From NCBI GenBank assembly GCA_002422795.1, contig DITJ01000104.1, forward strand, positions 15,324 to 79,323: a stretch of 64,000 nucleotides of DNA, given 5' to 3'. The stretch is from Alphaproteobacteria bacterium UBA6187 (GTDB lineage Bacteria; Pseudomonadota; Alphaproteobacteria; Rickettsiales; UBA6187). Below, piece by piece: positions 55,960 to 64,000 of this stretch. Position numbers and translations under genes: made by a program. Below the pieces are notes generated by a model. It did not search any database. It was given only the letters and a program-made list of their open reading frames with translations, and was not told the DNA's origin. Position 1 is the first letter of the stretch. Each line of letters starts with the position of its first letter.

Positions 55960-56302
55960 CTTGATGATTCCTTTAACCACTATATTATTGCTGACATTTT
56001 CCAATATTTTTATGACATTTGCCTGGTATGGGCATTTGAAATATAAGGCTACGCCATTATTCGTGGTGATTCTGGTTAGTTGGGGTATAGCATTTTTTGA
56101 ATACTGCCTGCAAGTTCCTGCAAACCGTATCGGGCATGGTTATTTTTCAGCTGTGGAATTAAAAACTATCCAGGAAATAATTACATTATTGGTATTTGTG
56201 GCATTTTCTTATTTATATCTGGATGAGGAAATGCGCTGGAACCATCTGGTTGGTTTTGTTTTTATAGTCCTTGCAGCATTTTTTATTTTTAAGAAGTGGT
56301 AG
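55952..56302 (+). CDS. Small DMT-superfamily membrane protein (DUF486-like)
   Basis: 116 aa with 4 TM helices and an FMTFAWYGHLKY motif. It overlaps the rhodanese gene by 8 nt. Confidence 0.7.
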   Translation: MNSLMIPLTTILLLTFSNIFMTFAWYGHLKYKATPLFVVILVSWGIAFFEYCLQVPANRIGHGYFSAVELKTIQEIITLLVFVAFSYLYLDEEMRWNHLVGFVFIVLAAFFIFKKW

Positions 56303-56309
56303 TGGATAT

Positions 56310-56417
56310 CTGTCATTGCGAGCGAAGCGTGGCAATCTATGCGGTATAAAAACAAACTGTGTAGTTGCTTGTAACCTCGTATGGATTGCCACGCCACTTC
56401 GTGGCTCGCAATGACGG
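56310..56417. repeat. Palindromic repeat of the gtcattgcgag...ctcgcaatgac family
   Basis: ctgtcattgcgagcgaagcgtggcaatc ... gattgccacgccacttcgtggctcgcaatgacgg. Confidence 0.85.
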
Positions 56418-56428
56418 AGGCAAAAATT

Positions 56429-57286
56429 CTACAAACAGCTTTTCAACCCCTCCCTATAAGTCGGATATTTAAGCTGCACACCTAATTCCTGTTTGATGCG
56501 TTCATTGCTAACGCGCCTATTGCTTGCCCAGAAACTTTTTGCCATTTCTGAGAGTTCCGCCTGCTCAAATTCCACAAGTGGCGGAGGGGTTATTCCAAGT
56601 AGCTTTGCCGCATATTCAACCACCTGGGCCTGCGGTGCAGGCTCGTCATCCGCGCAGTTATATACACGCCACGGGTTTGGTTTATTTATAGAGCCTCGCA
56701 AGATTCCCGCAATATCTTCAACATGTATACGCGAAAACACCTGCCCTTCCTTATGCACTCTGTGCGCTTTTCCCGCTTTTAATTCATCAATTGCACTACG
56801 ACCTTTGCCGTAAATTCCAGAAAGGCGGAATATATGCACAGGCAAGCCGCAGTCGAGCCACGCCTCTTCCGCATCGGCTCGCCTCTGGTTGCGCCCATGA
56901 GGCGGATTTACAGGCGTTTCTTCACTGACCCATGCACCATTATGATCGCCATATACACCAGTGGTAGAAAGATAACCAAACCATTCCAGGTTTGGGAGTG
57001 ATTTTAGGTCAGCCAGGTGGTGGTGGAGTACAGGGTCTAGGGGCTGGGGGCTGGAGGCTGGGGGAGCCGAATGCAAAATATGCGTTACTCCTCCCAAATC
57101 CCAAACTTCCTGAAGGGGTAAATCATTATCAAATATATAAGCGGTGATGCCCATGGCGCGCAGGCGTTCGCATTTATCAGATGTGCGGCAAGTGCCAGAA
57201 ACGCGCCAGCCCTCGAGCAGCAGTTGCTTTGCTAAAATTAAAGCAGAATATCCGAGGCCGAAGCAGAAGAGGTGGGGCATGAGCAA
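56429..57286 (-). CDS. NAD(P)-binding SDR/epimerase-family protein
   Basis: 285 aa with the Rossmann-like N-terminus CFGLGYSALILAKQLLLEGWRVSGTCR and YLSTTGVYGD. It carries a G-rich heptad tract at 57033-57106. Confidence 0.75.
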   Translation of the reverse strand: MLMPHLFCFGLGYSALILAKQLLLEGWRVSGTCRTSDKCERLRAMGITAYIFDNDLPLQEVWDLGGVTHILHSAPPASSPQPLDPVLHHHLADLKSLPNLEWFGYLSTTGVYGDHNGAWVSEETPVNPPHGRNQRRADAEEAWLDCGLPVHIFRLSGIYGKGRSAIDELKAGKAHRVHKEGQVFSRIHVEDIAGILRGSINKPNPWRVYNCADDEPAPQAQVVEYAAKLLGITPPPLVEFEQAELSEMAKSFWASNRRVSNERIKQELGVQLKYPTYREGLKSCL

Positions 57287-57509
57287 TTACAAAATATTAG
57301 GTATTATGATAAATTCAGAAATAATAAGTACTAAAATTTAAATAAGATCTAAGCGCGCACCGGATAAAATCTCATGAACCTATGGAAACAATCTTTATTT
57401 CTGCAATAAGTTATTGTTTATACCGCCATTTATTACTTAAATTTATATTTAAGTTGTTATCCTTATATGATATAAGGGTATAAATAACATATTTTATTTT
57501 AATTAGAAA

Positions 57510-58244
57510 ATGTTTGCTTCACATACACAAAGAAAAAAAGCCTTCACTTTAATTGAGCTCTCGGTTGTTATTGTAATAATCGGGCTTATCGTTGCGGGAA
57601 TAGTTTCTGGAACGAACCTTGTACGACAAGCAAAGTTAATTGCTATAACTAAAGATGTAAATAGGTATGTAGCTTCAATAAATAGCTTTAAGCTATTATA
57701 TAATGCACTTCCTGGGGATATAAAAAATGCATCTTCGTATTTCCCCGGCGCTAATGATGGAAATGGCAATAACTTTATTAATTGGCAAGGCACAGACTAT
57801 GAGGATAAATTGGCGTGGCAACATCTTGCATTAGCAAACTTGATAAATGGCAAATATAGTGGTTCAGGTTCTGGGCCTCCATATGTTGCAGGGGTTACTG
57901 TTCCATCTGGTCCATTACCCAGAAGTGCGTATTGGCTTACAGAGGCTGTTGCATCAAATCCTTTTTCTGACATATGGGGATATGGTGGAACTAATATACA
58001 GTTTGCCGCCCAAATAGGAAGCGGTAGTAGTAATTATCCAATTGGGCCAATAATAACAGCTATAGAAGCATATGCTATAGATAAAAAAATTGATGATGGG
58101 CTTCCAAATAAAGGTACTTTTATGGCTCGTAATGGCGTGTTTGCAGTAAATCCATGTACAAGCTCCTCAGCCCCTTACACATATATAACTTCATCTAGTG
58201 ATCTATCATGTAGGATATTTTTCTTTATAAGTTCAAAACGATAG
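57510..58244 (+). CDS. Type IV pilin / pseudopilin-like protein, paralogue of 707-1450 (244 aa)
   Basis: Leader MFASHTQRKKA then FTLIELSVVIVIIGLIVAGIV, with Ala rather than Gly at -1 and Glu at +5. There is a C-terminal Cys pair (NPC...LSC). It shares the WQHLALANLINGKYSG and IDKKIDDGLPNKGTF blocks with the other paralogue. Confidence 0.8.
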   Translation: MFASHTQRKKAFTLIELSVVIVIIGLIVAGIVSGTNLVRQAKLIAITKDVNRYVASINSFKLLYNALPGDIKNASSYFPGANDGNGNNFINWQGTDYEDKLAWQHLALANLINGKYSGSGSGPPYVAGVTVPSGPLPRSAYWLTEAVASNPFSDIWGYGGTNIQFAAQIGSGSSNYPIGPIITAIEAYAIDKKIDDGLPNKGTFMARNGVFAVNPCTSSSAPYTYITSSSDLSCRIFFFISSKR

Positions 58245-58297
58245 AACAAGAGTATAACGCGTAGCCTTATATTTTGTGCGGAAATATAAGAATATTT

Positions 58298-58613
58298 TTA
58301 AGCCGCCAGCTTTTTCTTTAATAACTCATTAAGCACCTGCGGATTAACCTTGCCGCCCGAAGCTTTCATAACTTGCCCCACAAAGAAGCCAAATAATTTA
58401 TCCTTACCGCTTCTATATTCAGCAACTTTATCCTGGTTCGCTGCCATTATTTCTTCGATAACTTTCTCGATTGTGCCAGTATCAGTAACCAGTTTTAATC
58501 CCTGTTATTCAACAATCTGAGCGGCAGATTTGCCGGTTTCAATATGGTATAGAATACATCTTTGGCCATTTTGCTGGAGATAGTATTATCTGTGATAAGG
58601 CTCAGCAATCCAT
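58298..58613 (-). pseudogene. Decayed duplicate of the gatB 3' end
   Basis: About 315 bp align with 59931-60246 at roughly nine of ten positions by eye. The fragment keeps its own stop (…LKKKLAA*) but has an internal stop or frameshift near 58490. The track ORF 58495-58698 is a chimera that ends in GatB-like [19 protein letters not shown]. Confidence 0.8.
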
Positions 58614-58721
58614 CCTTTTCAAGAGAACTAACCGCCATTTTACTAAAGAAGAAATTCTGACAAGCAGTTATTTCTTTATATGGAACATGGCTTGCCATTT
58701 TCTTTTATACCCATGATAAAT

Positions 58722-59915
58722 TTATTGCGGATGGTCTTTTTTAAAAGAAGTAGCAAGCAGAAGGAATGTTGCTGAAAGAATACCAATTGGTATCAGCCAA
58801 TCCTGCCAGACACTGTATGTTAATAAGCCTATTATAAAATAATTGGTAAATAACGCACAGGAAAATGCCATCATTGTATGATTCTGGTATTTCTTTGCAA
58901 TATGTTGTAGCGTTACGATAAGAAATGCGGTGTAGATAAAAAGCCCAAAAACGCCAAGTTCTAACCAGACCTGCAAAATAAAATTATGCGGGGAGTTTGG
59001 AATTGCTGGCCTGCCATCTAGGAAAGAATCATGTTGCTCTACTGAAAAATTTTGCGAAGCATTGAATCCCCAGCCAAAGAAGTGCTTTTGCAGGGCGTGT
59101 TTTGCTGTATAATCCCATATATAAAGCCTGTAGTCTGAGGCCGCATCGGGTACAATCGGAACATTACCTATTAGTTTCTGTGAATTTAAAATGCTTGCAA
59201 GCATAATAACCAGCATCACACCAATGGCCGCAATCACAGCAAATACTTTTAAAGCACGCTTTCCTTTATAATACACAATCGGAAAAATTACCAGGCCGCT
59301 AATCGAAAATCCCAATATTGAAGATAAACTTTCCATGCGCAAAACTGTTGCAAGCACTGCAAAAAATAGCAGTAATGCAGATTTACATCTTTTAGTTACC
59401 CATAAATAGCATATTGGTGCCCAGCTTAGTAAGCTAATAACGCACGAACCTTCGTTCGTGAAATAAATATTGTTATACCAAAAGAGAGCTATATTCTTAA
59501 AATTATATGACAGTTCATTATTAACCAATATCAGGGCAGCTATTATGCCGGCAAGCAGCGATTCTAATATTAATTGCCGTTCATAATTTCCTGAGGATTG
59601 CGCGGAAGAAAATAACCCAAGGGCGCCAATGAAGAATAGCACCCTTAATATCCATAATTTTAAGGATTCATCAGGTTTTATTGTCCATATTATGCTTATA
59701 AGGCTATATGCAATTAATAGGATGATTACTTTATTTACATCAGACTCAGCCCAGATATTCTTTAAGTTGCCATTATATATATAAATACAAGCAGCAAAGG
59801 CGGCTACAATTGCAAACAACCGTTCGGCTGGTGCATTTAGTATAATTATTGCCAGCATTGGCAATATAAATACAGCAACGGAATTTATTACAAAAAGTAA
59901 ACGTGCGATTTTCAT
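58722..59915 (-). CDS. O-antigen ligase / Wzy_C-family polytopic membrane protein
   Basis: 397 aa with about 10-12 TM helices and a Wzy_C-like block (FGWGFNASQNF ... SPHNFILQVWLELGVFGLF). It starts 15 nt after the gatB stop on the same strand. Confidence 0.75.
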   Translation of the reverse strand: MKIARLLFVINSVAVFILPMLAIIILNAPAERLFAIVAAFAACIYIYNGNLKNIWAESDVNKVIILLIAYSLISIIWTIKPDESLKLWILRVLFFIGALGLFSSAQSSGNYERQLILESLLAGIIAALILVNNELSYNFKNIALFWYNNIYFTNEGSCVISLLSWAPICYLWVTKRCKSALLLFFAVLATVLRMESLSSILGFSISGLVIFPIVYYKGKRALKVFAVIAAIGVMLVIMLASILNSQKLIGNVPIVPDAASDYRLYIWDYTAKHALQKHFFGWGFNASQNFSVEQHDSFLDGRPAIPNSPHNFILQVWLELGVFGLFIYTAFLIVTLQHIAKKYQNHTMMAFSCALFTNYFIIGLLTYSVWQDWLIPIGILSATFLLLATSFKKDHPQ

Positions 59916-59930
59916 ATTTGCCTTAATAAA

Positions 59931-61388
59931 CTATGAGGCTAGTTTTTTCTTTAACAAATCATTAAGTACCTGCGGATTAACTTTGCCGCCCGAAGCTTTC
60001 ATGGCTTGACCTACAAAGAAGCCGAATAATTTATCCTTACCGCTTCTATATTCATCAACCTTATCCTGGTTAGCAGCCATTATTTCTTCGATGATTTTCT
60101 CGATTGCGCCAGTATCGGTAACCTGCTTTAAGCCCTGCTCTTCAACAATCTGGCTCGCTGATTTGCCGGTTTCAAACATAGTATCGAATACATCTTTAGC
60201 CATTTTGCCGGAGATAGTATTATCTGTGATAAGGCTCAGCAATCCACCTAATTCCTTTGCGGAAACTGGTGAGTTTTCAATATTCTCCCCATTTTTATTA
60301 AGGCGCGCAAATAATTCGGCAGTAATCCAGTTTGCTGCCATTTTAGCATCATGGCCTTTTGCAACTTCTTCAAAATATTTCGCAGTTTCTTTATCAGCCA
60401 CCAGCACACTTGCGTCATATTTAGAAAGCCCCATCGCGTTTATATAGCGCTCTTTCTTATCATCAGGAAGTTCTGGCAAATCTTTGCGTAATTTATTGAT
60501 AAATTCTTCGGAAATTTCCAGAGGCAGAAGGTCTGGGTCTGGGAAATAGCGGTAATCATGCGCATCTTCTTTGGTTCGCATGGTGCGGGTTTCGCATTTG
60601 TTAGCATCAAACAGCCTGGTTTCCTGGGCAATTGTACCGCCACTTTCATAGGCTTCAACATGGCGGTTGGCTTCATAAGTTATTGCCTGCTGCATAAAGC
60701 GCATAGAGTTCAGGTTTTTTATTTCGCAACGCGTGCGCAGCTCAGTGCTACCAACCGGGCGCACCGAAACATTAGCATCGCAGCGCATAGAACCTTTTTC
60801 CATATCACCATCGCATGTGCCAAGATAACGCATGATAGTGCGCAGCTTCTTCAAATATTCCATGGCCTCTTCTGCTGATCGCATATCCGGCTTGGATACA
60901 ATTTCCATTAGCGCAATACCAGCGCGGTTTAGATCGATAAATGAAGAATCTGGTGATTGGTCATGCATCGATTTTCCGGCATCCTGTTCAAGATGGATAC
61001 GTTCCACACCAATCGAACGTGAAGTGCCATCCTTCATATCAATTATAATAGTGCCTTCGCCAACGATAGGATCGGAAAACTGGCTGATCTGGTAGCCTTG
61101 CGGCAAATCGGCATAGAAATAATTTTTACGGTCGAATACCGAATGGTGGTTGATTTTTGCTTTAAGGGCAAGGCCGCTGCGCACTGCTTGCTTCACGCAT
61201 TCTGCGTTTAAAACCGGCAGCATTCCAGGCATAGCGGCATCTACCAGGGATACCTGGCTATTAGGTTCACCACCGAACAAAGTTGATGCACCGGAAAATA
61301 ATTTTGATTTAGAGGTTATTTGCGCATGAACCTCAAGCCCGATTACAATTTCCCAGTTGCCTGTGTTGCCTTTTATTATTTGTGTCAT
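59931..61388 (-). CDS. gatB: Asp/Glu-tRNA amidotransferase subunit B
   Basis: 485 aa with [12 protein letters not shown] at the N-terminus, full-length GatB. Confidence 0.96.
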   Translation of the reverse strand: MTQIIKGNTGNWEIVIGLEVHAQITSKSKLFSGASTLFGGEPNSQVSLVDAAMPGMLPVLNAECVKQAVRSGLALKAKINHHSVFDRKNYFYADLPQGYQISQFSDPIVGEGTIIIDMKDGTSRSIGVERIHLEQDAGKSMHDQSPDSSFIDLNRAGIALMEIVSKPDMRSAEEAMEYLKKLRTIMRYLGTCDGDMEKGSMRCDANVSVRPVGSTELRTRCEIKNLNSMRFMQQAITYEANRHVEAYESGGTIAQETRLFDANKCETRTMRTKEDAHDYRYFPDPDLLPLEISEEFINKLRKDLPELPDDKKERYINAMGLSKYDASVLVADKETAKYFEEVAKGHDAKMAANWITAELFARLNKNGENIENSPVSAKELGGLLSLITDNTISGKMAKDVFDTMFETGKSASQIVEEQGLKQVTDTGAIEKIIEEIMAANQDKVDEYRSGKDKLFGFFVGQAMKASGGKVNPQVLNDLLKKKLAS

Positions 61389-61399
61389 TTTCTTTCCTT

Positions 61400-61479
61400 A
61401 GAGAATGTAAGAATATAAGAGTGTGAGAGTGTAAGTAAAATATTATTAACACTTACATTCTTACACTCTTACATTCTAC
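61400..61479. repeat. Octad-word hairpin between gatA and gatB
   Basis: The 5' arm is AATGTAAG AATATAAG AGTGTGAG AGTGTAAG and has no C. The 3' arm is CTTACATT CTTACACT CTTACATT and has no G. Confidence 0.75.
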
Positions 61480-62946
61480 TTATACTAACCCTTTAAACCC
61501 AGCCGCCTTTTCAACCACAGCGGCAGTTTTAAATACCGTTTCTTCATCAAATGCCTTGCCGATTATTTGCAGGCCAAGCGGTGTTCCTTCTGATGAAAAC
61601 CCAGCCGGAACTGATATTCCTGGAAGCCCAGCAAGGCTTGCCGGAACGGTGAATACGTCGTTCAAATACATTGTAACCGGGTCCATTTTCTCGCCCAGTG
61701 CAAATGCTGCTGAAGGCGTGGTTGGTGCAAGTATTACATCAACTTTTTCAAAGGCGCTTGCAAAATCCCTTGATATTAAAGTGCGCACACGCTGGGCTTT
61801 TTTATAATATGCATCGTAATATCCGGCAGAAAGTACATATGTACCTATCATAATACGGCGCTTTACTTCTGTGCCGAACCCTGCCGCGCGGGTAAGCTCA
61901 TATAAATCATCTAGAGAACCGCCTTTTTCTTCAACTCGAAGACCATAACGCACGCCATCAAAGCGCGCTAAATTTGCAGAAGCTTCCGCAGGTGCAATAA
62001 TATAATAAGTAGGTAGTGCGTACTTAGTATGCGGCAGGCTGATATCTACAATTTTTGCACCGGCATCTTTAAGCCACTCGGCACCTTGTCTCCATAATGC
62101 ATCTATTTCGGATGGCATGCCATCCTGGCGGTATTCTTTAGGAATTCCCACACGAAGGCCCTTTATATTCAAATCGCCAAGAGCGCGTGAGAATTGCGGT
62201 ATTTCTACCGGGGCAGAGGTTGAATCTTTTTCATCATGACCGCTAATGGCTTCTAACATTATTGCGGCATCTTTTACCGAGCGTGTAAATACACCCGCCT
62301 GATCAAGTGAGCTTGCAAAGGCAATCATGCCATAACGTGAACACATGCCATAAGTTGGCTTCATTCCTACAATACCACAAAAAGCCGCTGGCTGGCGCAC
62401 TGAACCACCTGTATCGCTACCTAGCGCACCAAGGCATAAACCCGCCGCAACCGCGGCCGCAGAACCGCCAGATGAACCGCCCGGCACTAAATCGGTATTA
62501 TCATTTTTTCTTTTCCATGGATTTTTTACTTCGCCATAATAACTGCTGGCGTTAGATGAACCCATTGCAAGTTCATCCATGTTGGTTTTACCAAGCATTA
62601 TCGCGCCTGCGCCAAATAATTTGCTGGTAACTGTGGATTCATAAGGCGGCACAAAACCATCTAGTATATGCGAACATGATGTAGTGCGAACATCCTTCGT
62701 GCAGAATAAATCCTTTACTCCAACAGGTATACCTTCCATGGCGCCTGCTTTGCCTTGGCTACGCCTTTTATCGGATTCATTGGCAGCTTTTTGCGCAATT
62801 TCGAATGTATCTACTATATATGCATTAAGATTGCGCTGTTTTTCAATCTCGCTGATATGCGCATCCACAAGCTCGCGGCTGGTGAATTCACCATTTGCAA
62901 GGCCTTCAAGGGCGGAAGAGATTGTTAGTTTTGTTAGTTCTGTCAT
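61480..62946 (-). CDS. gatA: Glu-tRNA(Gln) amidotransferase subunit A
   Basis: 488 aa with the amidase signature [14 protein letters not shown]. Confidence 0.96.
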   Translation of the reverse strand: MTELTKLTISSALEGLANGEFTSRELVDAHISEIEKQRNLNAYIVDTFEIAQKAANESDKRRSQGKAGAMEGIPVGVKDLFCTKDVRTTSCSHILDGFVPPYESTVTSKLFGAGAIMLGKTNMDELAMGSSNASSYYGEVKNPWKRKNDNTDLVPGGSSGGSAAAVAAGLCLGALGSDTGGSVRQPAAFCGIVGMKPTYGMCSRYGMIAFASSLDQAGVFTRSVKDAAIMLEAISGHDEKDSTSAPVEIPQFSRALGDLNIKGLRVGIPKEYRQDGMPSEIDALWRQGAEWLKDAGAKIVDISLPHTKYALPTYYIIAPAEASANLARFDGVRYGLRVEEKGGSLDDLYELTRAAGFGTEVKRRIMIGTYVLSAGYYDAYYKKAQRVRTLISRDFASAFEKVDVILAPTTPSAAFALGEKMDPVTMYLNDVFTVPASLAGLPGISVPAGFSSEGTPLGLQIIGKAFDEETVFKTAAVVEKAAGFKGLV

Positions 62947-62950
62947 AAGA

Positions 62951-63041
62951 AGAGTCCAGAGTTCGGAGTCCAGAGTTCAGTATTTAAGAGTTTAGGAAGG
63001 GGTCTGCTTCACGGGACTCTGAATTCTGAACTCTGAACTCT
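62951..63041. repeat. Heptad-word hairpin between gatC and gatA
   Basis: The 5' arm is GAGTCCA GAGTTCG GAGTCCA GAGTTCA. The 3' arm is GACTCTG AATTCTG AACTCTG AACTCT. Confidence 0.75.
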
Positions 63042-63045
63042 ATTG

Positions 63046-63333
63046 TTATTCTACCACTTTCGGCACTTCAAAACACCCAAAGGCGCTTTTAGGTGCATTC
63101 TTTAATATATCGGCTTGTTTGTTACCATCCGTAACCACATCAGGGCGTAAAGAAAGGCCTATGCTGGAAACAGATGACATTTGCGGAACTTTATCAGTAT
63201 TTACTTCTTGCAGCATTTCAATCCAGTTAAATATGCTGGAGATTTCCTGGCCATAGCGCACCACTTCTTCATCAGAAAGCCGGATGCGGGCAAGTTTAGC
63301 AATTTTTTTTACCTGTGCGGTTGTTAATGACAT
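63046..63333 (-). CDS. gatC: Asp/Glu-tRNA amidotransferase subunit C
   Basis: 95 aa from MSLTTAQVKKIAKLARIRLSDEE (ATG at 63333). The 124-aa track ORF runs into the upstream hairpin element. Confidence 0.9.
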   Translation of the reverse strand: MSLTTAQVKKIAKLARIRLSDEEVVRYGQEISSIFNWIEMLQEVNTDKVPQMSSVSSIGLSLRPDVVTDGNKQADILKNAPKSAFGCFEVPKVVE

Positions 63334-63353
63334 TTGTATTCCTTGAAAGATAA

Positions 63354-63443
63354 GGTGATGGGTGATAGGTAATAGGTGACTGGGAGTTAAGATAAAGCAA
63401 AGCTTTATCTTCCCCATCACCTAACATCTATCACCCAGTACCC
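63354..63443. repeat. Heptad-word hairpin between divergent gatC and ruvX
   Basis: The 5' arm is GGTGATG GGTGATA GGTAATA GGTGACT GGGAG. The central stem is aagataaag / ctttatctt. The 3' arm is CCCCATC ACCTAAC ATCTATC ACCCAGT. Confidence 0.75.
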
Positions 63444-63445
63444 AA

Positions 63446-63901
63446 ATGATATACGATTCCGCATCCGAATTTGCAAGCGCTATTCCTTTTGAGGGCTCTC
63501 TTTTGGGACTTGATTACGGGCAAGCGCGCATAGGCATTGCCGTGTGTGATAGAACGCGCATTATTGCCTCCCCGCGTGAGGTATATAAACGCAGGAACAT
63601 ATCCAAGGATATGGGGCATATAGCACGCATGGTGCGTGAAAACTCTGTAGTTGGTTTTGTGATTGGCCTGCCCCTTTCGCCAGATGGCACTGAGGGAGAA
63701 AATTGCGCTCTTGTGCGCGCCTTTGCAGAGAAACTCGTCAAAAAAATTAACTTGCCTGTTTTGTTTTATGATGAGCGCTTTTCCACCGCCGCAGTAACTC
63801 GCTCTATGCAGGATGCAGGCGTTAAACGAAAAGACCGCCAGGCTGTTGATGACAAGCTGGCGGCCGGGTATATTTTGCAGTGTGCGCTGGAGATGTTATA
63901 A
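63446..63901 (+). CDS. ruvX: YqgF/RuvX-family putative pre-16S rRNA nuclease / Holliday-junction resolvase-like protein
   Basis: 151 aa with LLGLDYGQARIGIAV and the GLPL..DGTEG and DER.ST..A blocks. Confidence 0.9.
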   Translation: MIYDSASEFASAIPFEGSLLGLDYGQARIGIAVCDRTRIIASPREVYKRRNISKDMGHIARMVRENSVVGFVIGLPLSPDGTEGENCALVRAFAEKLVKKINLPVLFYDERFSTAAVTRSMQDAGVKRKDRQAVDDKLAAGYILQCALEML

Positions 63902-64000
63902 AATTATTCTCGTATGCGTGGCTGCATTCTTTTCAACGCGCGATAACCAATTCTTAAGCGGCATTGTTTCTACTTATTAAAGCGCATTATACCCTTCCGC

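Noticed and set aside
3315-63443. The tandem short-word arrays considered as CRISPR or another spacer-repeat array.
   Set aside because: The units are 7-8 nt, contiguous and without unique spacers, and are arranged as complementary arms of hairpins. No cas genes are present.
1-64000. A search by eye for tRNA, rRNA, tmRNA, transposase, integrase or phage genes.
   Set aside because: None was recognised. Structured-RNA detection by eye is unreliable, so a tRNAscan or Infernal run is still needed before claiming absence.
63902-64000. The last ~100 bp after ruvX considered as the end of a further gene.
   Set aside because: It is too short and interrupted by stops in the frames I checked, so it cannot be assigned.

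Overview
This is an AT-rich chromosomal segment that looks alphaproteobacterial from gene content and synteny, and it spans the replication-origin neighbourhood. I cannot name the organism.

Housekeeping backbone:
- map, radC, engB, argB, htpX
- tesA/ybbA/ybbP-like triad
- a capD/pglF-like dehydratase, purH, tatD, yqhA, metG
- hda, then an RP001/PpsR-like gene, then an AT-rich DnaA-box region (putative oriC), then hemE-hemH-tlyA
- a CPA2 (Kef-type) antiporter
- mnmG-rsmG-parA-parB with three perfect 16-bp parS sites
- addA-trxA, gatC-gatA-gatB, ruvX

Accessory content:
1. A translationally coupled pelD-E-F-G-like exopolysaccharide core. No pelABC is visible, and the PelD-like protein is too short to carry the GGDEF/c-di-GMP receptor domain. 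A KdpE-like response regulator follows it, with Glu in place of the phospho-acceptor Asp.
2. A pilMNOPQ-like type IV pilus alignment/secretin module in which PilM and PilN are one polypeptide with a long acidic insert.
3. Two roughly 245-aa pilin-like paralogues at opposite ends of the window.
4. A Wzy_C/O-antigen-ligase-family gene bracketed by a duplication of the gatB 3' end.
5. A clavaminate-synthase-like dioxygenase islet flanked by direct repeats.
6. A VapB-like micro-ORF below the ORF-track cutoff.

The window also carries several families of palindromic repeats. One class consists of hairpins built from tandem 7-8-nt words, and some elements sit in-frame inside genes (twice in addA).

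I recognised no rRNA, tRNA, CRISPR array, transposase or integrase. All calls come from reading the sequence and translations by eye, with no searches run.
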